Source of the DNA: Eutreptiella sp. 'Long Island Sound 2002'
Lineage: Eukaryota; Protista; Euglenida
DNA length: 64,000 nucleotides
Reading direction: 5' to 3'
Assembly (NCBI GenBank): GCA_964036045.1
Contig: OZ038378.1
Location: forward strand, 166,408,001 to 166,472,000
Made by a program: the position numbers and the translations under genes. This document shows, piece after piece, positions 25,538 to 36,830 of the stretch (position 1 is its first letter; each line of letters opens with the position of its first letter). Under the pieces are notes generated by a model, which made no database searches, was not told the origin of the DNA, and was given only the letters and a program-made list of their open reading frames with translations.

Positions 25538-26188
25538 ATGTTCCGCTGGTGGTATGAACTTCTGGTCCCATGGATAAATGTGCCAGCAGATCCAGCACAT
25601 ACCATGCTGTTGGTGTTTCCTGCGTCCTGTTGCTCTGCACGACAAATTTTGAAGACAGTGTCAGCCCTTCTGGTGTACTTAGTGTCATGGACCACCCGCT
25701 TCTGGGATTGCACGGGCCTGCCACCCAAAAGCATGCGGAAGGTACTGTCGGAGGAGGTGAGCACCACGCAAAAGGCACTGCCTCCGGACTTTGAAGGTGA
25801 GTTGTCGTTGTTTGCCAATTGGACCGCGGTCACCGCGGCTCTGGTGAAGGCCCTGGACAAGCGCTTCGAGGAGACAGCGAAACAGGCAAAGAAAATAGAC
25901 AAGCAAGTGATGAAGCAGGAGGCCAAGCAGGAGGACAAGCAAGCCGCCAGCCCAGCCAATACGCTGAAGGCAACTCGCAAGAGGACCAGCGCATCATCCC
26001 AACTGTCACGTCTGATGGAGAGCCCCTTTCCCCTACTTGCCCCGGATGAGAACCCTCGGCATGACACGACAGGGCCAGTTGCTGCTAGTACTCCAAAGAG
26101 AAAGGTGTCACAGTCCAAGGCCTGCCCCGTAGCCAAGCCGTCTCCCAGTGCCTCCCAGTCTGCTCGTGTTCCAGAGGCCACATTGTAA
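25538..26188 (+). CDS. Unknown ORF with Lys/Gln/Ala-rich coiled coil, probably a transposon accessory gene
   Basis: 216-aa open frame (ALVKALDKRFEETAKQAKKIDKQVMKQEAKQEDKQ) inside the palindrome-marked region; no family recognised. Confidence 0.3.
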   Translation: MFRWWYELLVPWINVPADPAHTMLLVFPASCCSARQILKTVSALLVYLVSWTTRFWDCTGLPPKSMRKVLSEEVSTTQKALPPDFEGELSLFANWTAVTAALVKALDKRFEETAKQAKKIDKQVMKQEAKQEDKQAASPANTLKATRKRTSASSQLSRLMESPFPLLAPDENPRHDTTGPVAASTPKRKVSQSKACPVAKPSPSASQSARVPEATL

Positions 26189-27137
26189 GTGGAGAGGTTC
26201 TGCGAAAGACCCGCGGAGTGAAGAGGCCAAGGCTTCCCGTTACTACACCAGAGGAAGCACATACAGGCCCGGCAACACGCTCCAGCAGTTCCACCTCTGC
26301 AGCCACCAAGATCCCTACTGCACAGGACATGCAGAAGTTTTTCGAGAAGAGCGGCGATAAGGGAAAGAAGAAGTCATCACCGAGTCTGTTGCATGCTGGT
26401 GTTCTGCTGTTGGCAGTAACCCCCCCCCCCCCCCCCCGGTGGATACTGGTTGCTGACTGGCACTGCGATGGGTTGGTGCCGTGTGTGTGGGGCGAACCGC
26501 GCTGCTTTGCACTGGGCCCTTGCTGCCTGTCACTGTGCAGATGTGTTCTACTGCTGGTAGTAAAAGAAAATTTGTATGTGCTTGCCACTTGTGTTACCCG
26601 GTTTGCAACACCCCCGCACACACACTGCCCTTGATGTCCCCGACCTGCCGGGCTTATTTCCGACACTATAACAGCATTGTTCTGGTCAGTTCTATGCTGG
26701 CAGTAGTACCCTCATACTGCTTTCCTTCAGCATACGTGTTCAATTATAAGCCACACATTGTGCCGCCTTCACCAGACAAATGTCCTGCTCACCGGTGGCA
26801 TTGCATTGCATGTTTGTGTGCACTTGGACTGTGATGCATTCCCTTTGTTACTCAAGTCAGGACGTCCATAGGTTTGTGGTGAAGAAAGGTTTCGTAACAG
26901 GCCTCTGCGGTGCAGGTTCTACTGCTGACGGTAAAAAACAGGTGCCGTCTTATAAAAAAAACGGGTATCACAGTTGTAGCTATGTTTAGTTTTCATGAGG
27001 AGACACTGTTGTGCATGCCTGCCTTCTAGTGTTCCCTACCACGCCAACATACCAAATTGTGTGTCTACGCCTTGAAACAACGCCTTTTCGGATTACCATT
27101 TCCTCACACATTCATGTTTTCCACCCTCTACATTCGA

Positions 27138-27159
27138 GTTCTACTGCTAGCAGTAGAAC
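27138..27159. repeat. Perfect 22-bp palindrome GTTCTACTGCTAGCAGTAGAAC, the best copy of a dispersed motif
   Basis: Degenerate copies at about 19073, 19294, 20732, 24771, 26401, 26545, 26689 and 26916. Confidence 0.85.
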
Positions 27160-28353
27160 ACGCGAGTTGGCGTCGGAGATGTGGTTTTAGCAGGGGTGCT
27201 GTGAAGCTTAAAATTCATTTTTGGGTCCGTGCACATTCCTGAAATTTTGTTGAGAAAAAGGGGGTGTCTGTGGTTCCCCCCAACCACCCTTTAGTAAGTT
27301 ACCCCAAAAAGGGAAAATTTACACCCCCAAGTTAGGATACAGTGATGACTGATATTCTTCTAATCTAGTATACATTTGAATGCCAGACGGTCATAGGGAG
27401 TGGAGAAGGAGAACGTGGTTGGTATGCAGGTAATCAGCCAAACACCGATCAAGGACCAAAGGATGTGAAGGGGTCGGGTACAAAGCACGTGAGGCGGTGA
27501 AGGTGTCTTTACACCACCTTGTTCAAAATGCCTTTTCACCTTTGATGGGCCGTCCAAAGAGAGGCAACGGCATTACGCACCACAAGTGAGCTAGAAAGGG
27601 CACTGCTTAAAGAGAGGAAGTGCACTGGAGGATGATGATGCTGATTGCAATTTTAGGGAGGATCCAAGCTGTGCAAGCCCATACATGCGGGTGTGCGTTG
27701 ATGACCCGGTAGCACCGATGCAGGGTGACGGTAAGGGATGCGCCACATGGCACAATACATGTGGACTGTGATTGCCACAGGATACACAGGTACAATTGGC
27801 TAGAAACTCAAGGATTTGACACGCATGGCACCACTGTAGTGTTTCCATGAACCAAGGTATCAAGATGATCAAGCTGCACTTCTCAAGAGATGAGCACTCA
27901 CGGGGTGCCATACATGTGGGCGATGGGTAGCCCGGTGATGGTGGCGGTGATTAATCACCATGTGCTGCAATTTGCTCTGACATTAAGGTCAAACAAGAAA
28001 CCTGTTGAGCCCGTTGACTTCGTGAACGGTGGGCGAACGATTGCCTAAGCTTCGCAAACCGGGAAAGGGTGAGAGCATCAACTGTCCTGACGTTGTAACA
28101 CAACAATGAGTTGATCCAAAGTCATAGGAAAAAGAGGAAGACAGCAGTGGGACTAGCCCAAGAGAGAGTCCGATCTAACCGATTGACCACTGCGCACGTA
28201 AGCATTTGAGCCTGGCAGTGGGACCACACACTGAACGTATGGTTTGTTGCAGCTGTAGCATACAGTCGGAGCTAGGAGTTGGAGCTCACAGTTTGTGCAA
28301 GAGTTGGATGGTGATTGTGGTCCACATTGGGACAAGGCTGTAGGACATATGCA

Positions 28354-28357
<4 letters not shown>

Positions 28358-28401
<44 letters not shown>

Positions 28402-28519
28402 TTTCCTTCTTCTTCGATTGGAAAAATTGTTTTCTACACTGTGAGTGGTTCTCAACAGCCCAATCTGGTCTACCGGTGGAAGCAACAGAAATATTCTTGT
28501 GGCTCTCTTGTGGTTTCAG
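28358..28519 (+). promoter_or_regulatory. (CT)n polypyrimidine tract and candidate 3' (trans- or cis-) splice acceptor of the phytochrome gene
   Basis: (CT)n at ~28358-28392 with further T/C-rich sequence; TTTCAG (AG 28518-19) lies 14 nt before ATG 28534. Confidence 0.5.
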
Positions 28520-28533
28520 GTTCTCCCAAGGCC

Positions 28534-31500
28534 ATGGAACCAGCCCACGAGGATGCATGTCAGTGGGCAGACGCTGTTTTGCTGTCCAGGCAGTACGAAA
28601 CAATTTCGACTGCCAAAAGAGAAGCCTATCGACGGAATTCTTTTTCACTAGAAGATCGCAAGCACACTTGTGCCCGAGAAAATATCCACAAGCCAAGCGC
28701 TGTGCAAGGCCATGGCTATCTTTTGGTGATGGAGAGGGCCACGCTTTCGGTTACCCAAGTCAGTGCAAACGTCCTTGACCTGGGCTATGAAATCAACTCT
28801 CTCCTTGGCACGTCTTTGATGGATGTGATTGGAGCAACAGCCTTCGACAACATCCAGACGACAATTGACATTCAAGAGTCCAAGCCAATGAGCAGTTTCC
28901 CTGTGGAATTCGGTGTTGGAGAACACAGAAAAACGTTTGCAAGCTCCTTCCATGTGCGTGGCACAAGTGCGTTTCTTGAGCTGGAACGTTACGTACCAGT
29001 CACTTCAAGAGGTGTTGATGCTGGAAATGTGCAAGTCCGATGCATGAGTCAGAAGCTGTTAACGGTCGAAAGCAATGTCGAAGGTTGCCAGCTTTTGACA
29101 CAAAGTGTTCAGAGCACAACGGGGTTTGACCGGGTAATGGTCTACATGTTTCACCCTGATCAACACGGTGAAGTCATTGCGGAGACCCTTCGACCTGATT
29201 CTGGGGTGGAGAGCCTCAAGGGGCTGCACTTCCCGGCACATGATATTCCGGAGCAGGCCAGGGCTTGCTTCGTCCACAACATCTACTCACACATCCCCCA
29301 TGTGAAGCATGACGAAATCCCGCTTGTCCCAGTCGATTGTCCCCACAGCATGGAACGTCCGGACATGACGCTGGTGAGCCTTCGATCCGTGGCCCCGGGG
29401 TGCACTCAATACTACCTCAACCTGGGTATTCAAGCATCCTTAGTGGTGTCTCTAGTGGTTGATGGCCAATTGTGGGGCTTGCTGATCTGCCATCATATGT
29501 CGCCAAAATTTGTCCCATTCTATGAAAGGGTTGCAGCCGCAATGGTCAGTGAAGTCTTGTCCCTGTTCATCAGCGTACAGCAGCGGTTGGAACTTGCACA
29601 GCAGCAGGAAAGCGCTGGACGGGCGCAGCAAAGAATGGTTCACTGCCTGAAGGAGACCCATGACCCGCAGGCAGCATTCGCCGGCGAAAACGGGAATGTT
29701 TCTGATCTATTAAAATGTACAGGGGCCTGCTGTGTGATCGATGGTGTGGTGCATCGATTTGGCGTCACCCCTACTGAAGAGGAGATTCTTGAGTTAGTGA
29801 GTTTTGCCTTGGAGCACTCTGGTGGGGTGCTGTGTTCCACAAATCTTCCGGATGTCTACCCCAACGCAGAGAAGTTCAGTGAGCATGCAAGGGGCTGCTT
29901 GCTGCAGAGCGCGTCCACCACAACGAAAGACCTCAAGGAAGGTAGCTTAGTTTGCATCTGGTTTCGGGGATACATTACCCGAAATGTATATTGGGCAGGT
30001 GACCCTGCCAGCAGCTTCAACCCCGGGGGCATGGTCCCCCGCTCATCGTTCAGGCCGTTCAGTCAAACAGAAACGCTCTCTGCTGTGCCATGGACACAGA
30101 GCGACGAGCATATAGTCAGCAACTTTGTGCGTGACATCAGCCTGCAACTGGCCGAAATCAAGTGCCAGCAGGCGGAGCACCGCCTGAGGCAAATGCAGAT
30201 GAAGGATCAATTAATCGCCAACATCTCCCATGAGATTCGCACCCCTCTTTATGTCATTAACGGCATGGCCGAGGAATGCATAGAGGCGCCGCACCTTCCC
30301 AGTGACCTTCAGGAGCCTGTGGAGTTGATCCATGCCAGTGGCACGTCGCTGCTCAGTCTTCTGAATGACATCATCGATGTAAAGAAGTTAGAAGATGGGA
30401 AGCTGCAATTGGTGCCCCAAGATGTCAACGTTGTGCAATTGGCGCGTTTCTGCCTGAAGATGTTCAGCAAGCAATTGAAGGCCAAGGGCCTGCTTGGGCA
30501 GCTGATCTACACCCCCTCCCTGGAGCATACAACTCTCAGTATCGACAAGACGCGGCTGCAGCAGCTGTACGTCAACCTCATCTCCAATGCACTCAAGTTC
30601 ACAAACACAGGCTCCATTACTGTGCGGCTAACGCACAGCCAAAGCCCGTCCGAGCTGACAGTGTCTGTTGAAGACACCGGCATTGGCATCAAGGACAGCG
30701 ACCTCCCCAAGCTCTTTGACAAGTTTGAGCAGGTCGACACCTCCGATAAGCGGGTGTTTCACGGGGCAGGCCTGGGGCTGTACATCGTGAAGCAGATCCT
30801 GGACCTCATGAATGGCAAGCTGGGGGTCCAATCGGAGTGGCAGAAGGGCTGTCAGTTCTGGTTCAAGGTCTGTGCCCCCTGCAGCTGTGAAAGCAACACC
30901 GCTTGGGCATCCCAGGAGCCATGCGAGGAAGTCGTCATCAAGCCATCGCCATCCCAAGACATGGAAGCATCCCGGGCCTCAACAACTGCCTTGGTGTCTG
31001 GATCCGAAAGCACAAGGTCGACGGTTGCCTGGGCGTCTGCCTCGAGATCCAGCTCGGAGCCCTCCTCGCTTGCTCGACATTGTGCTGATCCTCCACCGCG
31101 CCTGGCCCTCAAGCCGCTCCCTCTCACGCCGGTCCCCAGTCGGGCCCGGCCGAGTCCCAAATCTGCATTCAAGCGGATGTTCCGAGCGGTGTTTTCGACG
31201 CGCAGCTCCGATTCCTGTTCAACGCCCTCTTTGCCTTCCGAGACGCTGGTGCCCCAGGCTTCGACACCAATCTCTCCCTCAGCCCCTTCCAACATGGGCA
31301 TGCGGAAGAAGGCCAAGCAGAGGGTGGCACCGGAACCGCCACGGGCGTCGATTCCCATCCAAGTACGTTCAAGGGGAGGCTTACGCCGAAGAATCCTCGT
31401 GGCAGAAGACAACCCTGTGTTGCAGAAGGTCACCTTATCGATGCTGTCGCCCGTGGCAGATTGCGTCATCGTCCCGGATGGCGAAGACGTGCTGGAGAAG

Positions 31501-31791
31501 TTGGGCGAGTCCACGGCGTATGCATTAATTTTGATGGATTTGCAGATGCCTCGTCTGGATGGTGTCGAGACCACGAAAGCCGTGCGAGCCATTCCGCAGT
31601 ATGACCACATCCCCATTGTTGGCTTCACTGCCAGTTCCATCCGGAGCGAGTTGGAGACATGCAAAGCGGCGGGAATGATTGAGGTGCTCTCCAAAAACCT
31701 CCCCAGGGCACAGTTGCAATCGTTCGTCTCCAGGTACACACAGCCGGCACCGCAATCAAATGCTGTGTCGGAGCTATCTTCCCCAGCTTGA
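28534..31791 (+). CDS. Bacteriophytochrome-type hybrid histidine kinase (PAS-GAF-PHY-HisKA-HATPase_c-REC), ~1085 aa, intronless
   Basis: PAS entry CARENIHKPSAVQGHG (Cys codon 28669). GAF: GFDRVMVYMF, FPAHDIPEQAR (Asp 29242), LRSVAPGCTQY, LWGLLICHH. PHY tongue: WAGDP and PRSSF. Kinase: H-box ISHEIRTPL, N-box NLISNALKFT, G1 DTGIGI, G2 GAGLGL. Receiver: LVAEDN...LMDLQMP...FTA...SK. The likely start is ATG 28534, not the ORF-finder start at 28315. Confidence 0.95.
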   Translation: MEPAHEDACQWADAVLLSRQYETISTAKREAYRRNSFSLEDRKHTCARENIHKPSAVQGHGYLLVMERATLSVTQVSANVLDLGYEINSLLGTSLMDVIGATAFDNIQTTIDIQESKPMSSFPVEFGVGEHRKTFASSFHVRGTSAFLELERYVPVTSRGVDAGNVQVRCMSQKLLTVESNVEGCQLLTQSVQSTTGFDRVMVYMFHPDQHGEVIAETLRPDSGVESLKGLHFPAHDIPEQARACFVHNIYSHIPHVKHDEIPLVPVDCPHSMERPDMTLVSLRSVAPGCTQYYLNLGIQASLVVSLVVDGQLWGLLICHHMSPKFVPFYERVAAAMVSEVLSLFISVQQRLELAQQQESAGRAQQRMVHCLKETHDPQAAFAGENGNVSDLLKCTGACCVIDGVVHRFGVTPTEEEILELVSFALEHSGGVLCSTNLPDVYPNAEKFSEHARGCLLQSASTTTKDLKEGSLVCIWFRGYITRNVYWAGDPASSFNPGGMVPRSSFRPFSQTETLSAVPWTQSDEHIVSNFVRDISLQLAEIKCQQAEHRLRQMQMKDQLIANISHEIRTPLYVINGMAEECIEAPHLPSDLQEPVELIHASGTSLLSLLNDIIDVKKLEDGKLQLVPQDVNVVQLARFCLKMFSKQLKAKGLLGQLIYTPSLEHTTLSIDKTRLQQLYVNLISNALKFTNTGSITVRLTHSQSPSELTVSVEDTGIGIKDSDLPKLFDKFEQVDTSDKRVFHGAGLGLYIVKQILDLMNGKLGVQSEWQKGCQFWFKVCAPCSCESNTAWASQEPCEEVVIKPSPSQDMEASRASTTALVSGSESTRSTVAWASASRSSSEPSSLARHCADPPPRLALKPLPLTPVPSRARPSPKSAFKRMFRAVFSTRSSDSCSTPSLPSETLVPQASTPISPSAPSNMGMRKKAKQRVAPEPPRASIPIQVRSRGGLRRRILVAEDNPVLQKVTLSMLSPVADCVIVPDGEDVLEKLGESTAYALILMDLQMPRLDGVETTKAVRAIPQYDHIPIVGFTASSIRSELETCKAAGMIEVLSKNLPRAQLQSFVSRYTQPAPQSNAVSELSSPA

Positions 31792-32139
31792 TCCAAGCAT
31801 GGCATTGCGAAATGCCTTGTTACCCTATCTCACCCGCCCCACCCCTTCCCCCGCTCGTCAGAGCAAGGAAGGCCATGGAAGGCAGGTGGGCACACGTCGC
31901 TTCTTTGCAGCCCCCCTGTGGTATGCCAGAAGCGTATCTCTACCTGCCTTGCATCCAAATTGGTCACAGCCTCCCATCATGCAGCGTGCGCACTGTCAAG
32001 AGTGCGCACTACTGCTCTGTGGGTATGCAGCTTGGTTCAAAAAGTGAGCGTTCTTCATGGTGATGCTGAGACTCCATCAGTCTCTGATGGTCACCACCCA
32101 CCCCTGCCTACCCTGACTGTCCACGCAGCCTCTGTTTTT

Positions 32140-32320
32140 CACCACCGCAGTGTAGGGGGTAGTGGGCAGTGGGGCTACTTCTATACACCACCGCAGTGTA
32201 GGGGGTAGTGGGCAGTGGGTATCCTTCTACACACCACCGCAGTGTAGGGGGTAGTGGGCAGTGGGTATCATTCTACACACCACCGCAGTGTAGGGGGTAG
32301 TGGGCAGTGGGTATCCTTGA
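32140..32320 (+). repeat. 46-bp G-rich tandem repeat, 4 copies
   Basis: CACCACCGCAG recurs at 32140, 32186, 32232 and 32278; the unit contains GGGGGTAGTGGGCAGTGGG. Confidence 0.95.
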
Positions 32321-33251
32321 GTACACTGCAGGTGTGATGTGGCGTAAACCTTGTTGTCTGATCACTCTGTCTTCACACCTGCTGGACGACTGGGATCCTA
32401 CTGCATTTGATGATACCTTCCAGGGAAAATGTTAGATTAGGACAACATTGATGTGGACGAACCTCCCTCGTACCAAACATTTCCTTCAATTTTAAGGATG
32501 CTATGTGCCAAAATGTGTGCACCGGACACCGGCTGCAGGGGGGATTTTCTGCATGCTACATGCAGTGTGACTGTGCAACGCAGAGGTGAGACGGGGTGTC
32601 AACCGACACTGTGTTCTCTGTCGAGACTCACTCAAGACTGACAATGTTCGCATCAGGAGACCGTACAATTCGTGGATGTACCATGTTCTGTGTGCACAAG
32701 CGGCGCGCGCGAGGTGTGTGTACTGGGGTGATTTCGTGCACCTACCCACGTATTTGACAGTGAAGTTCATGTATTTCGAAGCTGTAAAAGGTATTACCAT
32801 TGCACATACTGCACTGCGTCCCCTTACAGTTTCACCAATGTCATTTTCATGGTTTCCTACAGGCATCACTGTGTGCCTGCCACTGTCACCTCCGTCTCCG
32901 AGTGTGGGCAGTACATGAGCATCGAGTACATGGCGCAGTACTGGCAGCGCGGCTGTGCAGGGAGCGCGACCTAGCACTTACGGGTAGGATGCAATTGGCG
33001 CCGACCACACGGCCGGCGCAGTGGCCCTCGACGCTCAAGAATGTTCTCCCGGTGGGCAAAATCACAGGACCCATGGGCAGTGGCCTCGGAGGTGCTGGTA
33101 GCAGAAAAAGGCAGTGCAGCCGGCACTACGACAGCGACTGGCGACTGCCTTTGGCGGTCAGAGGCGGCCCTGGGACACATTGCAGGTTGCCATGGACCAA
33201 GTCTGCTCGGTAGTGCGCAACTCGGGCTGATGTCCGGGGGTTTAGTATTGG

Positions 33252-35476
33252 GTGGGCAAGCTTGCGCCGGAGGCCCTCACGACCACCAATGTGTGGATGA
33301 ACCTCCTGGCGGAGTTGAGAGCAACCACGGCCGACCTATGGACGCGGCTACAGGGGGCCCCCTGGTTCGTGGGGCTACCCAATGGAGGCCACCCAGGTTG
33401 GATTGGGTTCTCGGTATGGGGCCCGGCCACGGTGTGTAGGAAGCTAGCCGCGGAGCTGGGTGCCGAAGTGAGACAACCCAAGACGCTGGCCAAAGTGTAG
33501 GGATATGGGCCTGGCTTTGGCGTGGATGCATGCGAGGCAGAATCCTATGCCCAGCAGAAAATATGTCGAGTATGGCCTACCCTAGAGGTGCAGCTAATCG
33601 AATACCAGCACCTCACACACTCAGGCCTGCAGCACCGCACCTTTACACTCACCCTGGAGGGTGTGCTCGCGGATTCACGGTAGGGAATCGCCAGAATTCC
33701 CATGCATGTCCATTGTCTAATTTCAAAATATTTTTTAAATTTGGCCGGTCACTGCCCTCCCCTCCCGCTGCATTTGCTATGAATCGCGAAGCAGAGCCCG
33801 CATTCATCCACTTCGTACTCACCCAAGAGCTCCAGACCTTCATCAACAGCAAAGGAGTCGATCGGGTCGCCAGAGCAGCAGTGCAAGTCTTGGACAGAGT
33901 TGAAGAGGCGGGGGGGGACAAAGAGGAGTGGCAACAAATCCGAGAGGCCAGCGGGTTCCCAAGTGATGATTCTGAGTTGCAAAAAGCAATCTCTGCCTAT
34001 GCAGCAGCCCATGCGAAGAGAATTGATATCCGATCTGCCGAATTTAGGCCCCTAGCTGATGGGGTTGGATGGCCGAGGCGAGATGTGATGTTAGTCACCC
34101 TGGACCAGAATCTGATAAAGGAACTCTCCATTTTTGTGGCAGTCGTGTTCCAGGTATTCCTCTCGGCGGTGGACGGACTCATCCTGGCCAAAGCATCAAC
34201 GGGTGTGGGACTCAAAATGGCGATGGCTACAGTGGAGAAGAACATCGTCAGGGACATGATTCCAACCATGTCGGAGGACGTGGGATTCACGGACTAGGAC
34301 TCATACGAGTATTGGCAGTGTATGCCCTATACACGGACAAAGGATTTGAAATTCGCGTGGTGGGATCTAGGGCTAACTTGACATTTGTGTGGGGCGCCAA
34401 ACCGATGGAAGGGGGGGAAAGCCTTGATGCCGTGATGGAGGATTTGAGCAGACACTTACAAGAACTAGAGACCAAGCCGGGAGAGCACGAAAAAGAGAAG
34501 GTGCGCCCGAAGCTGTCGGAGGAAGCGGTGGAAACCCTGCGCTCAGAGGAGGGTGTACCAAAGTGGATGGAAAAGCTCGGAGCCACCCTCGTGCGGCTAT
34601 TTAAGGACCTAGAGGGGCCGGAAGAAATGAAACCGGTCCAATTCCTCAGCAACGAGGCCTGGGCAACGATGTGGGATACAAAAGAATCATACGCAAAAAA
34701 TACCTGAATTGAAAAGAACGCCCAGAGAACGGAGGAAGGAGCTCGCAGTCGCAAGGGTCCAGGCCAAGGAGAAGGACTACCGTCGGTTGAACAGATGTTG
34801 GACAGGGGAGGAAGAAAGTACCAAGAAAAAACCAAAGCGGGGTACTTCTGGTTTGTGGAGTATGAGGGGGACAAGTTCCACATGACGAAGGAAGGCGAAG
34901 CATACACTGTAGAGAATGATCCGCTAGAAAAGTGCAGGGAGTGCGGCAAACGGCACTGGGTTTGGATCTGCGACCTAGTTTGACGGGCGGAGATCCCAGG
35001 CGGTGGAGGGGGACTAGGTTCACGAACAGTCTCAGGGAAGGTCCAGGGGAGAACTGGACTTTGGAAAGAAACCCCCCTACGTCCTGCCGCAGGGGGAACA
35101 AAGCATCTTGGCGTCATGCCACCTGGACTGCAGGAGAGAGCAACTAGTGCGATGCACAGGCCGCATTATGATGCAAGGAGGATGCCAGGGGAGAGGAGAG
35201 CGACGAATCTTGCCCGGGAGGAGAAGAAAACTAGTGGAGCTTCCCAGCGTCATGGCCCATCTACCGCACAGCAGCAGCGGTTCTGGGGGGCATATTACAA
35301 CAGCGTAGATCCGGCCAGTGTCCGGACAAACAAACACTGCTGGCCCTCGCTTGGAAGACGTCATCACCGGGAACGTTTGCGTCCGCGCTCCGAAAATTGG
35401 GCAGAAGGCATACGGCAGCCCCGAGTGAGCCCGAATGGAAGGTCTTTGAAGAACAACTTCACATGTAACACCGGTG
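33252..35476 (+). mobile_element. Tyrosine-recombinase (DIRS-like) element, left part: gag-like ORF and start of YR
   Basis: Broken ORFs (33779-34983) end in CRECGKRHWVWIC (CX2CX3HX4C knuckle). PEWKVFEEQLHM at 35430-35465 continues in frame into the YR fragment after 41617. Confidence 0.55.
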
Positions 35477-36113
35477 CCCAGCATAGAACATTGGAAGAGA
35501 GACCAATATTGTCCGGTTACCGGTGGCAATTTTAGGAAATCTGTACCGACGTGCATGCGATATGCTTCGGTCCGTCGCTTGGAAGTTTTCGAAAACCCTT
35601 GGAAAGATGCTCGGAAGTTTTGGCAGCCAGATCGGGTCCCAAAACGCAACCAATATCGGTAGGAATGTCCCATGGGCTTCCCAGCCAACCGTGCCGGGGG
35701 AGCTCGGAAGAAATTTTTCAGCCCGAACCCAGTGGAATTTTGGTTGGATGCTTGGTGCCTACCTTGCCTGCAAGATGCCATGGAGAACAGCACGTTGAAG
35801 CTAATGTTTGTCTACCCTTTGTCTGCTTTGCCTGAAAAACTGTATGGAGAACACTTTGCTCAAGCTTATGATTGCTTCCCCTTTGTGCTCCTTTGTGAAT
35901 TTGGACTTTTGCTTTTGACATGTGCAACGCCAGTTTGATCCTTGGTGGCTGCTTTGCCTACAAACTTGCATGGAGAACACTGTACTCAAGCTGATGAATG
36001 TTTGCCCTTTGTGCCTTGTGAAGCTTTGTGCCTGCTTTTGTGGTTTTCTTTCTGCATGTGTGTCGCTTTCTCACCTAGGCCCCTTTGAGTAGACTCACTA
36101 ATGCATTCCATTT

Positions 36114-36830
36114 TTGTGCTCAGAACGCTTTTTGTCACCTGCAAGAGACATGTCTAATAGTCAAGGCAGTGCCGCTAGTGCCTCGTCTTCGTCCGCTCAG
36201 CCCCCCCAGCCCGTTCAGCAGCTCCCGGAACCAGATTTGGAGCTTGAGGGCGAGCTCATTGACGCGGACACAGCCAATACCGAAGTTCCCGAACCGGGTG
36301 ATACACAATCACGCCTCCAACACGCCCTAGCAGCACTGTGCCTGCGGCATAAGCCGTCAGAGACCATTGAACCCAGAATGCTAAGGGTTTTTTTTAGACA
36401 GGGTCGTCCCTGATGCATACCGCATCCAGCCGAAGGATACCTTGCTGGCTGTGCTTATGCATAAGCATTTTTCAATCCCTTTCTTGACGACACGGGAGGC
36501 TGTGGGCAAGACAAGCCCCAGCAAACATGAGACTTCGTACGGTGTACAATACAGAAACCTCTGCATTGTTGGTCCGGATCCGAAATACAACACGGACCGG
36601 ACCTTTGCAGAGGAATCTGAAGAGAGGCTGCGTGTACATTACATGTACTTGAAATCAATACTGTCCACACACCCGGACAGTACCATTCGCGAGTTAAAGT
36701 GGACCCAGAGCGATGTAGTTACTTGGTTCAAAGAGGCCAAGATCAAGAAGCGGTCCAAAAAAGTAGTTACCTGCAACGTGCAGTTCCCCCCCCCTCTCAT
36801 TTATTCATGTTCCGTTCGAGGTTTTGAGGG
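36114..36830 (+). pseudogene. Frameshifted accessory ORF of the CMC-like element
   Basis: ORFs 36114-36413 and 36442 onward read as one protein (…HETSYGVQYRNLCIVGPDPKY…LKWTQSDVVTWFKEAKIKKR) broken by a frameshift; no family recognised. Confidence 0.35.

Noticed and set aside
18877-27344. CACTA (18877) and inverted CACTG (27344) as ends of the palindrome-bearing element
   Set aside because: The inverted match does not extend beyond 4-5 bp and the flanks (CTG/ATG) give no convincing TSD.
28315-28533. ORF-finder N-terminal extension of the phytochrome
   Set aside because: It starts at a non-ATG codon and translates the (CT)n tract (SLSLSL); more likely UTR, intron or outron.
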